Assembly (NCBI GenBank): GCA_048013815.1 | Contig: CM106586.1 | Span: forward strand, 17,298,001-17,362,000 | DNA: 64,000 nucleotides | Direction: 5' to 3' | DNA from: Setoptus koraiensis | Lineage: Eukaryota > Animalia > Arthropoda | Shown here: positions 20,996-35,283 of the stretch, piece after piece | Position numbering within the stretch: the first letter of the stretch is position 1 | How the letters are laid out: each line of letters begins with the position of its first letter | Position numbers and translations under genes: made by a program | The notes under the pieces: model-generated | Database searches by the model: none | The model's input: the letters and a program-made list of their open reading frames with translations, nothing else | Told to the model about the DNA's origin: nothing

Positions 20996-21046
20996 CGGGC
21001 CTCTCGGGGGCCCGTTCGGAGCGCGCTCGGAGCGCGTTCGCGGCCC

Positions 21047-21094
21047 GCTCGACTCAAGCAGCTCGACTCAAGCAGCTCGACTCAAGCAGCTCGA
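21047..21094. repeat. 14-bp tandem repeat x3 (gctcgactcaagca)
   Basis: Read directly. Confidence 0.85.
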
Positions 21095-22551
21095 GCGAGT
21101 GGGGCCGCACAAAGAGAGAAAGCTTTTTGCGGGCTGTTGCTGTTGTTAGTGTTACATAACAAAGGATAACACAAGAGCTTGTTTGTGTTTGTGCTGGCGC
21201 GCGAGCGGCAACAGTGAGTGCCCACAATGATGCACGAGGGCGCTACGACAGTGCGTGTGGGTGTGTGTGTGTTTGTGTTATTGGACACTCAGCGGCGCCG
21301 AGTTGTCATTTGTTTGGCTGGCACTTGTTTGCCTTGCCGGCGCCAGTGAGCGCGCCAGTTGGCCGCCGGCCCACGAGACACGCTGTGGGGCCCCTTTGTG
21401 TGGCTGCTTTAAATCGACAACAAATACTACTAATAGTCGGCTGGCTAGCTCGCTCGCTCAAATGGACACATGACGTATTGTGTCAATTTCGCTGTGTTGA
21501 TTATCTTTTTTGGGTTGCACAGTGGCTGGCAGCGTGTGCCCGCGTGTCCCATCGTCTGCCAGTGTCTCGACGGCGTCTCGGCGGTAATTCGGCACTCGCT
21601 CCACAGTGCAGTCGGCAGCGCCTCGACGGCTGGCCGTGTTTGCGTTGCCGTCTGGCGGCACTCCGTCCATTAGGCGCCCACTTCAGGAGCTCGCTCGGCA
21701 GCCGACACGCCGGCCATCGCATTTGGTGGCTGGCGTTCGCTGGCTGGCAAACAAACGCCAGCGAGCCAGCCAGCCAGCCAGCCACCAAATGCGCGCCCGA
21801 GCGCCAATAGCGCGCCGCTCGCGTCTCTCCAACGTCTTGGCGTGTCGGCGTGTCGGCGCGTGACAGCATAGAGTATCGATGGCTCGCTCTCGGGCTCTCG
21901 GGCGCCCGGCGGGTGTCGCATGGCGGCGGTCGGATGTGCACAATGTGACAGATGCCAGTCACATTCAATGGTTAACTGAGTGACGCGCCGAGGCGCTGGC
22001 TTGGCGCGCTTATCTTGCGCGCCGAAAGCGACACACACACTCACAACACTGACAATCATCTTGCCAGCCAATGAATCAGCCGGCAGCCCTGGGACAAGTG
22101 TTTATGGGCTCTGGCAAATAGATTGCAGTGACTTTTAATTTTTGAATTGGCTCGCTTGGGGTCGCGCCGGCTGGCCGCCATTGTCTCGAGCGCAATCGAA
22201 GCCAAATAGCGAGCAGTTTCGCCTCGCTGACTCTCGCTGATTCTATCGCATGTAATGACTTGCACACACCGTTACAAAGCTCGCGCACACTGTTGAGTAG
22301 TTTGCGGCACTCAAAACTAAACTGACCATTGTAAGTGCCCTCCGCTCCTAAGTGGCCCCAAATTGTCGCCGAGTGCGCGCGCTCGCTGCTGCGCCCAGTG
22401 TGTGTCTAATGTGGCTTTTAATTCAAACTGACACACGCAAACAGTTTTGTTCTAGACCATTAAAATCGCCTCTCTTATCGCCATTGTGGTGGCGGCACAA
22501 CACCGATAAGACCTGTTTATTTTCTGGCGAAATTGGCACCGGCGGCGCGCC

Positions 22552-22594
22552 ACTCGATACGGCGCGCCGTACCGACCGACGCGCCGTATCGAGT
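22552..22594. other. Perfect 15-bp inverted repeat, 13-nt loop
   Basis: actcgatacggcgcg / cgcgccgtatcgagt. Confidence 0.85.
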
Positions 22595-24454
22595 CGATAC
22601 GTGCTCATCGTTTGCAGGAGCGTGCGAACGGAGCGCCAACGCAGCAATATAACTGTATATTACATAATCGGCCATATTACATAACCGGCTATATTGCGTA
22701 TATGTGGCTCATGATATGGCTGCATGGCGTCATGATATACACCGTACAATGTACGCGCACAGTACGTGTAAAACGCGTGCCAAGTCAGCACTGTTTACGA
22801 CCGGCACCGGCGCTGTTTATTGCCGGCATCAGCACTGTTCATTGGGACACCGGCGACTGGGGCGACTGGGGCGCAACAAGGCCGGCACCAGCGCGCCAAC
22901 AACAATATGCTAATTGGCAGCGCTGCTGCGGTCAGCGAACGACCGTGATTTGCGCGCGCACTCGCGCCGATTGCTGATCAGCGACAAGTGGGCACGCGCT
23001 TGCCGACACTGCCATCATCTAACAATTATCACACTCATCGGCACTTATCGCCGGCCGGTCACGTAGCCACGTAGCTGGCAATTTGTTGGCGCCACTCGAC
23101 GCCGGCAATGCAGACGCCGGCAGTGCGGACACCGGCAACACGGACGCCCACAATGCGGATCGCGGGCAAGAGTCGCTTGTCGCGACAAATTGTAAAATGT
23201 TGCACAATTTCGCGGGCCCCTCGGGGGGCGGGGGCCGCCGATTGTCCGCTCGGAGCGGTCCGGCCGGCATCTGCGAGTCTACAAGCGCCAATTATGCATT
23301 AAATAACGCACCGTGTTCGCAAACAAAACCGCTTGTCACTGTCCAGGTGCCGGCGGTCATAGGCAACGGTTATTGTGCAGGCGCCCCAAATGCCGCACCG
23401 GGCGCAATGCTTCTGCAGTTGAGTGTGCGAGTAGCGGGCCCCGGTCGCCCATTAGTTGTCCGAGTTTCGCAACATTAATGCTACGCGCATGTATAACCGT
23501 AGTGTGTTATGACGGCGGCGACGATTGTTCTTGAAAAGAGAGCTGCTCATTATCCAGCCGTTCGCGCGCACTACACAAGTGATCTTGATTACTGGCAAAC
23601 AATCGAGTCGATCTGACAAGTGCCCGGCCGCCGCCGCCGCCGCCGCCGCCACCGTCGCTAATAGCCACCGATGGGCGCCAGCTGGCCCACCGGCTGAACG
23701 TCAGACGCGTGTCAGGTGAGAGCGGGCCCGCGCACGCGGTCGCTGGCCATTGTTTGGCCCGGGCGATGCAACTGGCTCGCCGGCACAACCGACTGCCAAC
23801 GCTGGCCGGCTGGCCCGGCTCGTCCGGCCCGTCGGGCAGTTTCAGCGCGAGCCGGGCGCCTCAGCGCGAGCCGGGCGCCTCAGCGCGAGCCCCATGCAGC
23901 GAGATGGATGTGTGCACAGCCAGATTGATTGCACACACACACGCACGAGGCCCACTGTGGCAAGTTGGTTGATGCAACGGCGAGCATGTTCAGTTTGCGC
24001 ATTATATGCTGTGTCCCGTGGCACAACGAAACTAACGAACCAGCTCGCTCGGCCAGCACGCCAGCCGAGCGAGCAACGCGCGGGCCCCCGTCCGCCAGCC
24101 AGAACGGGCCCCCGTCTAGACTGGCAGCCAGAACTGCCGGCCAGAACTGCCAGAGATGCATTGAATGGCACGGAGTTGCGCTCTATCAAACTCGATTCGC
24201 GCCATCCAAAAAAGAAACGCAACTGACAACAACAGCGCAAGAGTTAGCGCCGCAGTCATTGAGACACATACACAAACACTTCTACTCGTGCAACTACACC
24301 AACTATTGACATTACGGGCAGGAAAACACACCGACACACACACACACACACACACACACACAAGCTGTAGCAAGCAATAGTAGTAATGGCTAATGATCGT
24401 GTATTGTGTGCCATCGGAATAAGCAAGCATAAACAACGACAGCAGCGGTAGCAG

Positions 24455-24545
24455 CGGCAGTAGAAGAAGAAGAAGTAGTAGTAGTAGTAGTAGTAGTGGA
24501 GGTAGTAGTAGTAGTGGCGGTAGTAGTAGTAGTAGTAGTGGTGGT
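24455..24545. repeat. (TAG)n-rich microsatellite
   Basis: Read directly. Confidence 0.85.
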
Positions 24546-26438
24546 GTTGGTTGCAAACAAGAATATAATATCAGTGTAAGAAGATCCCTAACCAAGAGGG
24601 GAGCCAGTGGGGGCCGGGCCCAACGAACGCGAACAAGCTCTGCAATTGTGGCTTCTCTTCTCATCTGGCCGCTAATCCTGTTCTAGCCAAAGATAAATTT
24701 GTGTATCAACAGCTGTATCAAGGTGGTGACGTCGCTGTTGTGTCATTGTTTCGCTTGCACACAACTTATCACCACCGTTATAACAAAATAACAACTACAC
24801 AACCATAAAACACCACAACCATTGTATATCAGCCAATAGTTAGTGAGATGATTAGTTAAGGGTGATAGCCAAAATCAGCCGCCATCATTGAAGTGTGACA
24901 CAAAGTGATACTGATTGCTAATACTCTCTCACACTCTTTCGCTCTTTATCTCTCGCCTACTCGCTTCCACTTGGTCTCTGGGGCGCTACTCCGAGATAGC
25001 CGTATAAAATTAATATTATCTCAGTTAGGTGAGCTCGCCTGTTTGGGAAGAAATAGGAGAAGAGCAAGAAAAAGAAGTGCCCCATTATCGTTGCAGTGTC
25101 TTTGTGTCTAGAACGATCGCCAACAGTAGTAGGAGTAATAGTGGTAGCCAACACCAATAAGTCAACAGTAAATTCACGATATACGATAGCTCGAATCTGT
25201 TTATTAAACGAAATCATCACATTGCAACACAGTTTTGCCAAGAAACTGTATCGCTTGAGTGCAAATAAGCAAAAATAATGATAGCCTATAAAGCTAATGG
25301 TACTAAATCATCGACTAATGATGGTGCCCAAACAACAACAACAAATTTTACCGCCGATATAGTAACCAAAAGCATATTGTTTGTTTAGCAGGACCGAACT
25401 AAGATTAGCATAATAGTTATTTATTTACCATCAGATAATATCACACACCCTGATGATAGCCAATAGATGTTAATGTATCTAGCTGTTGGTGGCCGAAAGA
25501 GTCCTCAGCATCAGCAAGTCTCCAAATTACCAAGAGTAGACTCCGTGCAACGTTATATGTAATTATAATTGTCAACACATGCAACTGCAACCAAAATAAC
25601 TAGTGAAAAACATAGTTAACAGTGGACGGCCCCGACGTCAAGGCACCCAATTCAAGATCATGTGGTCTCGAGTCAGGTAATAATTAGCAATCAACCTTAA
25701 ACTAGCGACTTGCAAACTTTTGTCGCTTAACGAACTTCCCTACTAATTAAAGTTGTCTCAATAGTTTCAGAACTGGTGCTAGTTGTGATACTTCGGTGAC
25801 CCTGACTCAGTAAAGAAGCGAGTCTCTCTCAAATTAGCTAGCAACAACTATGCTTGCTCATGATGAACAGCACCGACTAATTATCACCTGTGTCTCTCTA
25901 CCAAGCTTGCTCGCATTACCTGTAGTTGCGGTCTAGTTTTGTTATGGCGTCACTAATAGTGACTCACTATTGCTTAGCTAATGCATTGAGCAGCGTGTGT
26001 GGATTGGGCCAGTTCATCATTGATAGCTGGTGCAATCTATGCGGCCTTAATCACTAAATACTCAACTGGGGAAAACACGATAGTAGACTTTCCCCGGCTC
26101 AACTTGCTTTCCCAATGAACAAAATCAAGACCATTCGCAAATAACTAGCTCTTTTTATTAATACTATCAATTCAGACTGGCCTCATGGATTCGCTCCATT
26201 TCAGCTGTATCGCTTCACTTAAGCCTCTAGTCAGAAACTGAGATATGTTATCTTCGATTCTTTTTTTGCCAACAAAAGCCATTATCGTTAAAATACGGCT
26301 GATAACACCAATAGAAGCAGCATCACTAGACACTGTTAGTGGGCGCGGAAAAGTTTATCATGTGTACAACGAAAAAAAAAAAAACATTTTTATCAGTGAT
26401 CACATCGGATGCTATAATTCACCTTGAGTTTAATCATC

Positions 26439-26740
26439 TCAGAGATAAATAATAACAGCAACATTATCATCTTTAGAGATAATAGCAGTGACGTCCGACC
26501 AATATGCTACCAAATAGATACTGACTGCCAAAGCTGAGGCAATGCAATAATCGAAATGATGCAAAAGCTGTTCACTTAAAAAGTAACGTTCATTCCAATG
26601 AGTAGAAATATCACTATAAATAGAGGATATTTTTTCACGTCCGGTTGGTTGGTTCACACATTGCAATAATTCATGTGCCACCAATGACAGTTATGAGCTA
26701 CAGCTGCATTACGGCCATCAATAAGGTGACAAGAGATGGT
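26439..26740 (-). mobile_element. Possible hAT-family transposase fossil
   Basis: In order IDGRNAA, LVAHELLQCVN (cf. CxAHxLxLxV), SDISTHWNERYFLSEQLL (cf. DVxTRWNSTYxMLERLL); heavily decayed. Confidence 0.4.
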
Positions 26741-27379
26741 AGCTTGGTAATGTCCATCTTGTCTCTCCGGGTGGCAGTTGATGTATTACAAGTAAGGATT
26801 TTCTTCCTCCCATCTAGGCGATAAATCTCATTCCTTGTTGTATAACATCCATCGAGCCCTTTCTTCCATTCTTACTGCTGGTGAAAATCCAGAAATCCTT
26901 GTCTGAGTAATATACAAACCTCCGAAGATTGAAGGAATATTTGATTGGTTGTTGTGCACGGATATAGAAGAAACCTGGTGGTAGTTGAATGATCCCGATG
27001 GGTTCTTATTTGACCGTATCACCTCCGGAATTACGGTCTGAATCACTTCTTTGTTCTCTTGTGCTAAAATTGAAAGAGCAAATTATGTTTTGCATCAAAT
27101 ACCTTGTATATAGAATTTGGAACAATGCTCCCTGATGTTTCAGGAAATGATCCAATGCAATCTATAGGCAATAAACTAATAACATCGACAGGAGAAGAGC
27201 TTTCTCAGCACTTAAGTTCCAATCGATGAAGAGAGGCTTCGCGCTATGCAGCATAAAATCCATACGGTCGGTAGTTTGAGGTCCCAGGTTTACATATAGT
27301 CCCCACAAATTGATACTGGTACACTCTGTTTCCTCAGCACGATGTTTGTTGATATTGCCATAAAATGGACCCAACTTCA

Positions 27380-27720
27380 CCTATCTACAATATCAGTAAT
27401 GCCTGCTCCACCTTGAGGCTACTACTGTAACTCGTTCGGGATAAATTATGGAGACGCCTAGAGGTTTTCTGAAAGAAAAGAGCGAGAACATCGCTTCGGG
27501 CAGAGTTGATCAATTCACCGATCGTTGCATATGGATGCTCATTTGATTACTCTCGAGCACACATATGAGAGACATTGGCTATGCTTCGAGGGAACTAGAA
27601 AACGTTTCTATTGCTACAATTTGCAAGATGGTATTGAGTGGTGAACAAGCAGTTCAGTGTTTTATAACACCATCAACATTTCCTCTAGTCACTTCTCGTG
27701 GACTCTTCTTAATGGTCCTC
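27380..27720 (+). mobile_element. Possible Ty3/Gypsy pol fossil (RT connection and RNase H)
   Basis: GYYCNSF (cf. GYYRRF), LRAELINSPIVAY (cf. LKxxLxxAPVLAY), DIGYASREL (cf. IAYASRxL), FPLVT (cf. FTLVTDH), in the expected order with stops and frameshifts. Confidence 0.5.
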
Positions 27721-27877
27721 AAGGACATTATGCTCTGTCGGAAAATATTCAAGATGTCTTTGGCTGGGGTGGTAGTTTTTTCACTGATTGCACATCAGCA
27801 CGCCACAACCGAATGTCTGATGATCTAATGGTCATCTGTTCCTAAGGTCATGTGCAGTTCATATGTGAAATATACAC

Positions 27878-27881
<4 letters not shown>

Positions 27882-27931
<50 letters not shown>
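27882..27931. repeat. (TA)n microsatellite
   Basis: Read directly. Confidence 0.95.
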
Positions 27932-27937
<6 letters not shown>

Positions 27938-30900
27938 GCAAACATAAATATCACTCACATGTTACAACATGTCGTACGACAAACAAACAAACAGACGAAA
28001 AAATTGCCAAAGTAAAATTAATTTGACGTCAATATGTCTGCATCATAACCATAAAGAGCTGCCTCTGCCATTGGGTCGAGCTCAATTACTACCACATCAG
28101 CAACCATATTCTAATCTATTCGACTATTTTCATAGAATCAATATTTGACTGCCTGCATACTACATACTTTTCAGAGAATGCAAAATAGTTTTTTCCATCC
28201 TTCACGAAACAAACTATGTCCATCCCAACTTCGGGGGCGATAAAAGGGCACATCTGCAGCGCCCGTGCCGTTAAATTTAAAGCGAGAACTTTTTGTTTCG
28301 TATTCTTGTTCAGTAAAACAACAACTGCCTAACGTCAAGCCTGGTTGGGAATTGAATTTTGACTGAACTAGAAAGAACAGAGAACTTTTCAAATTGATTT
28401 AAATCGAGTTAAGTCAGCCTACCATTCCTATATTTGCCCAGCGTCCGAACGTTACCAGAAAAGCAGTGAATTTGTTTGGTCGCAAATTGCAGGCCAAATG
28501 CAATATTCGAGGATCTTTTGTGGCAAGCCCATGTTGGCTAGATTGAATAGTATGTAGCATCGCGTATTATACATTGTACAGTCAACAATTTTCTGAACTT
28601 AATAAGAAACATTCCTCCGCCAGATGGCGCCAGCTGGCATTCTTGAAGGGGCCCCATGTGAGGGCCCATCGAGCGACGGCTGGCCAACTCTTTTTGTTGT
28701 GATGCATCCCAGTTGCGCCCATTCATTAATGATAAACTATCGTTCAATAGTCTCTTTTGTGAAATGGTCTTTTGATCTGCCAAGCAAGCATCCTTGAATA
28801 AATTCGGAAGTGTCATCTTTTCTTTCTTTGTTCTATTGTTGTCTAAGTGAGTCCGGGAGAAATAATAATAGCTGTGCATCGCCACCAAGGTTACTACATT
28901 CCGCATAATATGAACAACTTGAATGGTACTGAGATCAACGGCTGTATTGAGGTTGATGTGGGCGGTGATGCTGAAAATGGCCAGCAGTGTTGGTATTTAT
29001 CGATAATTCAATTTAGAATTGAATAGGTGACCACATATGATTGACTTAGCCCTAGGGATAAAGGGAGAGACCACCAATGCTCTCTGTTTTATCAGATCAC
29101 TATCAGAGAGATGACTTGATGCTCTCAGCGGATTATGCTAACGGGATTGAGGGGCACAGTTAACTCGAGAGAGGAAGGCAACCATAATCGTCACTGGAAG
29201 AGACAAAATGCTTTAACACGAATGATTGCATTAAAGTAACGTAGTAACTTTAATTTCACATAACAAAATACAACGACCACCACAACGGAGAATCACGATT
29301 TTTCTCTATTATGAGCGCTTGTATTATATTTCCAGTTGAATGGATCTTAAGCCATCGAACTAGAAATTTAATAGACTACATAGACTACTCACCTATTAAG
29401 TTTGTTCTAGTCTAGTGACACAATCGCCATCTTAGCAGCTTTCGTGGGGTCTTCTATGGCACGAAAGCGTTACGAGGCCAGACCAACCTAATGTCGTAAA
29501 GGTGGTTGCCGGCCATCCAACAACTCTCTCTCTCTAAAAATCCAATACACTATTGTTATACAGAGGCGCCTTGGTAGGCGCTTTTTATGATGCTCCACCT
29601 CATCTCGATTATCATAGGGATAGACCATTTATAGACTGACGAGATGTGCGTCATTCCAGCATATGCATCTTGCATCTTTTCTACTTTTAGCGGATATTCA
29701 GTATATGAATATTGCACACAGTTCAATTGGCCTCTATCTGAATCATCTATCTATTTTATATTGAGTGATCTTCGACAGGGCAACCATCAAAAGATGCGGA
29801 GAATTTAACTTTCGCGAGCTTCAACCGATTAAGTGACTACTTCTCATTCATCTTGATTTAGGCCAGCTAGAAATGTTCTAGCTTTACAATCCAAGATGAT
29901 CGATGTAGTCCTCATGATCGAGCTTGGGGATGAGGCATGAGTTTATACAAGATCTATCAAATAAGATTGTACCCATCGTATAGTTGCGGAGTCTCATTTG
30001 ACCGGTACGTTTAAACTGAGAGAGCTTTACTGGCTGTTAAGAGTGGACTTCAGTTGCGATAAGCGTTTACGGTCATCTCGAGTCCAGAGCGCGTCGTATA
30101 TTATATCAGTAACTCCAGTCAGTTATTAGATTGCAAACGACTATCTGTGAAGGTGGATTTGAGTTGAAGATATTTGGCTAGAGTCTGCTATTATGGATCC
30201 TTTCAGCATATAGGAAGGAGTTGAATATATTCATTTACGTAATGTGATTGCCCATACTTCAGCATCATCTCGACGATCGTAGTCGAGGGTTTTTTACATG
30301 ATAAATTCTAGGCTCAAATTTAGCAAGTTAGGACATTACTATTGGCAGTATTGATTGGCGCGTTGTGTGTGTTTTTTTTATCCTGCAACTACCATCGAAA
30401 TATTAAGCTTAATTGTAAACTCTATGAGCAGCCATCATTTTTACTGAGCGATTGAAAATGCTCCTTTTTGATTGCAGCTAACCAGTGTTAGTTTTTCTGC
30501 TCAGTTGGTTCAGTGATTGATTGAGCACCTTATATCTGAAATCTGATAGTATTGTCATCAATAACCCTATGCCTGATATATTACATAAGTATGTAAGTCG
30601 TTGTGTTGTTACGTATGATATCCTTTTAGTCATGTGCCAGATCAATAGAGAAGTTGAAGTACCAAAAGCATTGTCTCAGATGTGTAGTACAGCATGCAAT
30701 GACGATTCCAAGTTATACCACACAGAAAGCAATAATGAACAAGTCGATTGACTTGACAATCTTATCGTGGTTCACTCCCATATATTACCATGATTTAGCT
30801 GTGTGAAGCACACAAGACAACAATTAGTGATTTACTAATCTTTGGTTCGTTCCTTAGTAAGTAGGACACGATGCACATAATGTATTGTTGTATCATGTCT

Positions 30901-32154
30901 GTACAACTAACGACTTAGTGCAATTTATGTTGACAGCTAACAATCAATTGCACAAATTCGACTTCTTTCTTTCTGTTTCGTCGGATGATGTTTTTGGATC
31001 TGGCAATAGCAAGCGTCAGTTCTGATTATAATGAAACTGTTACATTGAATGTGGTTCTCTCGAGCTCTGCAGTTGTTCGAATGGAGGCTGAAACTTGGAG
31101 AACTGTTCAGTGGCAAGGGTTAGTTGATGTGAGTTTGCACGAAATACATTGCCCTGTCATCCAATCCTGATATATGCACAATCTCTGATACTTGCGACCA
31201 GTATTCAATCTGAGGCTCTTGCAAGACCCATCACGCCTGCAGGGCCTAAAGGGCGAAGAGCCGAGACGCGGAGGACGCACACAAACATCGCATCGGTGTT
31301 GGTTGGGTTTGATCTTTCTCGTTCCGACTCTGGTGCGCATTAATGTAATAATGATAACAATGCTGATCAAGACTAATCTTGACCGGACCAGGATGAAGGA
31401 TCCCAGCGCTTCATTCAATTGTGTGGGTGTGTGCTGTGATTGGGCCCAATTTTTCAAGATTATTTCGTTAAGATGGGGTCTAGATATAGCATCAGAAAGT
31501 AAAACTATGGTCTATATCAATTTGCGACTTTGTTACCTGGCCAGAGTCGCTTGCTGATGCAGCTGACGTAAGCCTGGCCTCTCGACTGCTTCTCGATGAT
31601 TCGCCCACCTAAAATGATTTATGTCACTTGTGAGCGAGCTGACGCGAGCCGGGGCCCTAATAAGCTCGTTGAAACCATTAAGTCTAGTGGTGCACGAATG
31701 ATAAGTGGGTACGGCGCGCATTGGGTTATGGTGGTCCAAAATGAATCTCTCCTCCTGTCTAATGTGTTGAATAAATTATTGTGCCCGGCTGAAAAGCCAC
31801 CACTCTCACAATGCTGCTGCTCATTATGATTACCTGACATAGTAGACAATTACTACTCTGTGTGTAGCGTATTCTCTCACCTGGCGATGACTTGGCTTTT
31901 CGGGGGGCCCGGCGCAAGTTAATCTAATTTTCATCAATTCTATAAGTAGTATAAGTTGCAGCGCGTGCACGTTGATTGGTGGCACTCATTATATATACAG
32001 CGAATATTAACAGCGAACAAACAGCGTGGCGGGCCGGCGGGGGGAGGGGGTCCACTAATGGGTAGCCTGCAACAACGAGATAAGTGAGTTTACTTGTTGT
32101 TGCTCACTGTTGTGATAGGCGATTGTTCGGCGTTAACCCTTGTGCGTGCGTGTG

Positions 32155-32654
32155 NNNNNNNNNNNNNNNNNNNNNNNNNNNNNNNNNNNNNNNNNNNNNN
32201 NNNNNNNNNNNNNNNNNNNNNNNNNNNNNNNNNNNNNNNNNNNNNNNNNNNNNNNNNNNNNNNNNNNNNNNNNNNNNNNNNNNNNNNNNNNNNNNNNNNN
32301 NNNNNNNNNNNNNNNNNNNNNNNNNNNNNNNNNNNNNNNNNNNNNNNNNNNNNNNNNNNNNNNNNNNNNNNNNNNNNNNNNNNNNNNNNNNNNNNNNNNN
32401 NNNNNNNNNNNNNNNNNNNNNNNNNNNNNNNNNNNNNNNNNNNNNNNNNNNNNNNNNNNNNNNNNNNNNNNNNNNNNNNNNNNNNNNNNNNNNNNNNNNN
32501 NNNNNNNNNNNNNNNNNNNNNNNNNNNNNNNNNNNNNNNNNNNNNNNNNNNNNNNNNNNNNNNNNNNNNNNNNNNNNNNNNNNNNNNNNNNNNNNNNNNN
32601 NNNNNNNNNNNNNNNNNNNNNNNNNNNNNNNNNNNNNNNNNNNNNNNNNNNNNN
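32155..32654. other. Assembly gap of 500 N flanked by TG repeats
   Basis: Run of n; all ORFs containing X here are artefacts. Confidence 0.99.
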
Positions 32655-33083
32655 GTGTGTGTGTGTGCAACGCGGGGCATGCACAGCGTGGACGAGCGCC
32701 GTGTCGTCGGCAGGGCGACAATTGGATCGGGCGTAATTTGCAATTCGAAACTGCCAACAAGCTCGCACACAAATCAAATACACGTTACCGCGTCTAAATG
32801 CTACTTGCCTATACTTGTTGGGGCGCGCATCATGTCGGCTGCTCTGGCGGTCCGCATGATGCGCGCCTGGCCACCCGATCATCAGTCGGTTGTGATGGCT
32901 CGCGTGGGGGGTAGGGGGGTAGGTAGGTGTGCAAGAAAGCGCGTGCGAGCAAATTCTACTCATTGCGCGCTCGCTGCCTATTTGCTGATAGTTCGATTTG
33001 AGCCATCTCTCACATTGCCACATCATCACAAAAGAGCGTCTCACTCGCTGCTTACCATTCCGATAGCGTGCCGATTCGTTTTG

Positions 33084-33087
<4 letters not shown>

Positions 33088-33133
<46 letters not shown>
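33088..33133. repeat. (TG)n microsatellite
   Basis: Read directly. Confidence 0.95.
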
Positions 33134-33136
<3 letters not shown>

Positions 33137-35205
33137 AGAAACTGAGACTGCGGCACCATTGACTGTGAGTTCATCCGAAGGAATGAAGTGCGTCGCTAGT
33201 GTGTGCGTGTGCCACTTACACCAGCAAGGAATGCCTGCCCATCGATACGCTCAGATCTCGATCGGGCGCCCAGCAAAGCGTATTCAGCTCAACGCCCCAA
33301 ACAAGCTTTTCCGAAGCCATTTTGCTCACTTTTTAGGGTAATATCCTGGCGATTCGGATGTGCGTTGCACGCCATTTGTCTGCAACTTCGACGCGGCCAG
33401 CGCCCGCACTGAAAAGCGTATTGACAAGACCGGAAAAACCAAAATATCACCCGAACCTGTTACCGAAAGTGGGAAAAATGGCATTGAAAAACTGTTTCGG
33501 GGCGTCGAGCCGAACAAGTTTCGTCAGGCTAGGTTAGATCGCAATGCGAATCGCATTCGATCTCACAATCAGTGGGCAGGGTCTCCTTGTAAGATGGTCC
33601 CAATATTCGATGGTGCACACAACAGATGTGTGCGCATGCGTTTCGGGGTGGCACCCCACTCGATCTGTCTATTCTCGCAGTGTGTGTGCCTAAGCCCACC
33701 CCAAAACTGGCTCGTCGCATCTATTGGGCCCGTTGTCGCATCGCTCGATTATGTTGCCTCACTTTTTGCGCCCCCCCCCCTTACAAACATACTGGTGTTC
33801 CGAAGTTGGGAGTCCCAAGTTGGGCAAGTGCAGATTGTGTGCACACGCTCGCGAGTCGCGAATCACTAGCGCGGTGCCAATGTCAATGAGACACCAATGG
33901 CTGACCAACAAGTATAGGCATAAATGCTTTTTGCCTGCTTGAACTTACACAAGGCGCACACATGCGATTCGTTGCATCTTTTCATCCCCACTTTTAAGTG
34001 GCAACGCGCTGTCGTGAGAAAGGAAAGTGCAAGTATAAATACACTTATATAGAGCAGAGACGCATAATACAGTGCGCCATGTGTATAAATTATTATTATT
34101 AATATAACATTTACACCAATGTATACGTGTTAGGGCTCGAGTGGCATACATCAGCACGCGCTATGTGTCACAGGATCTTTGTGTGTTCATCCATTGAATC
34201 GGTTGAATGTGCACAAAGCCGCGCACATAAATATATAAATATACAGATATATAGATTGTATGTTATATAAATACAAGCCCACAGATAGAATAAATCAACA
34301 ACATGTGAGTTCCAATGGAGTGTGTGTAACACTCGTGCCAGCAAACGCATTTCCACTTTGCCATTGTGAGGTAGACAAAATGGCGTTGTCGTCACCCCAT
34401 GAGAAAAAGTGTGCGCTCCTCTTAAGTGTGTGTGTGTGTATCGTTGTATATTGAGTGGCTCTTCCCAACGATAAGTAGCAATATATGGTGGCATAGTTTT
34501 CATAGCAAACTCAACAATTAGAGTGGCATTGTTATCTTTTTCCAACTTTGTTATTGCCATATTATTATTAATATATATTATTATTGCTATCATCAGTGTG
34601 TGTGCGCGACAAAACACAGTTGCTTTATTTTCATTAGCCCACCAAGACTTTGCGTGTGCCGTGTAGAGTTTGTTCGCCATCTTGAATCATTTTTGTTCTC
34701 GCGCCAACCACGTGGTGTGCGAGTTTCTACGTCATAGATATTCTATATATTGCAGCACACACTGCATTCGATGCGCCATTGTGTTGTGTGTTCGATTGCT
34801 GCTTTGTGTGGCGCAAAAAATCGAACTATCTAGATGGCTAGGCTGGTCCACTGACAAGCTTGTGGGGGCCATTGTGAATCACAATTTGTGAGGGGTCAGT
34901 TGGTGGGGCCACGTTGGCATGCGTGATAGTAGTCGGTGAAAAGCAATTGATGGGATTCCCTGTCTGCTCGACGATCTGTGTGTGCATGCCGATAGTTGGT
35001 TCGGGCTGCGTGCATCAAGTCCGCTCGAGCGTGCCCAAGACTCATTTTTGTCGGGCAAACAGATGGGCATGCCCGGCACTTGGGCCGGTTTCAGTCTTGG
35101 GCCTACATCTCTCGCGGGGCACGCACAAACGGGTCTGCCCAGGCGCCCGGGCATCTCGCACGAGCCTAATATGATGCAGTATAAAGCATGCACGCGGGCC
35201 AGCTA

Positions 35206-35283
35206 GCCGGCGAACATTTTGGCCGGCGAACATTTTGGCCGGCAAACATTTTGGCTGGGCAACATTTTGGCTGGAGAACTTTC
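35206..35283. repeat. 16-bp tandem repeat x~5 (gccggcgaacattttg)
   Basis: Read directly; units degenerate toward the 3' end. Confidence 0.85.

Noticed and set aside
20549-24664. Many 60-206-aa ORFs in the GC-rich region
   Set aside because: Products of repeats and low stop density; no domains; overlapping in all frames.
27657-27845. NGPQG...SDDLMV resembling non-LTR RT PQG/YADD
   Set aside because: Catalytic Tyr absent and overlaps the better-supported Gypsy RNase H reading.
31107-31740. Cys-rich minus ORF (HRCDVC...CISC...PCH) resembling a piggyBac C-terminal domain
   Set aside because: Cys spacing too long and no convincing DDD core upstream.
32084-33137. Long ORFs containing X
   Set aside because: Artefacts of the 500-N gap.
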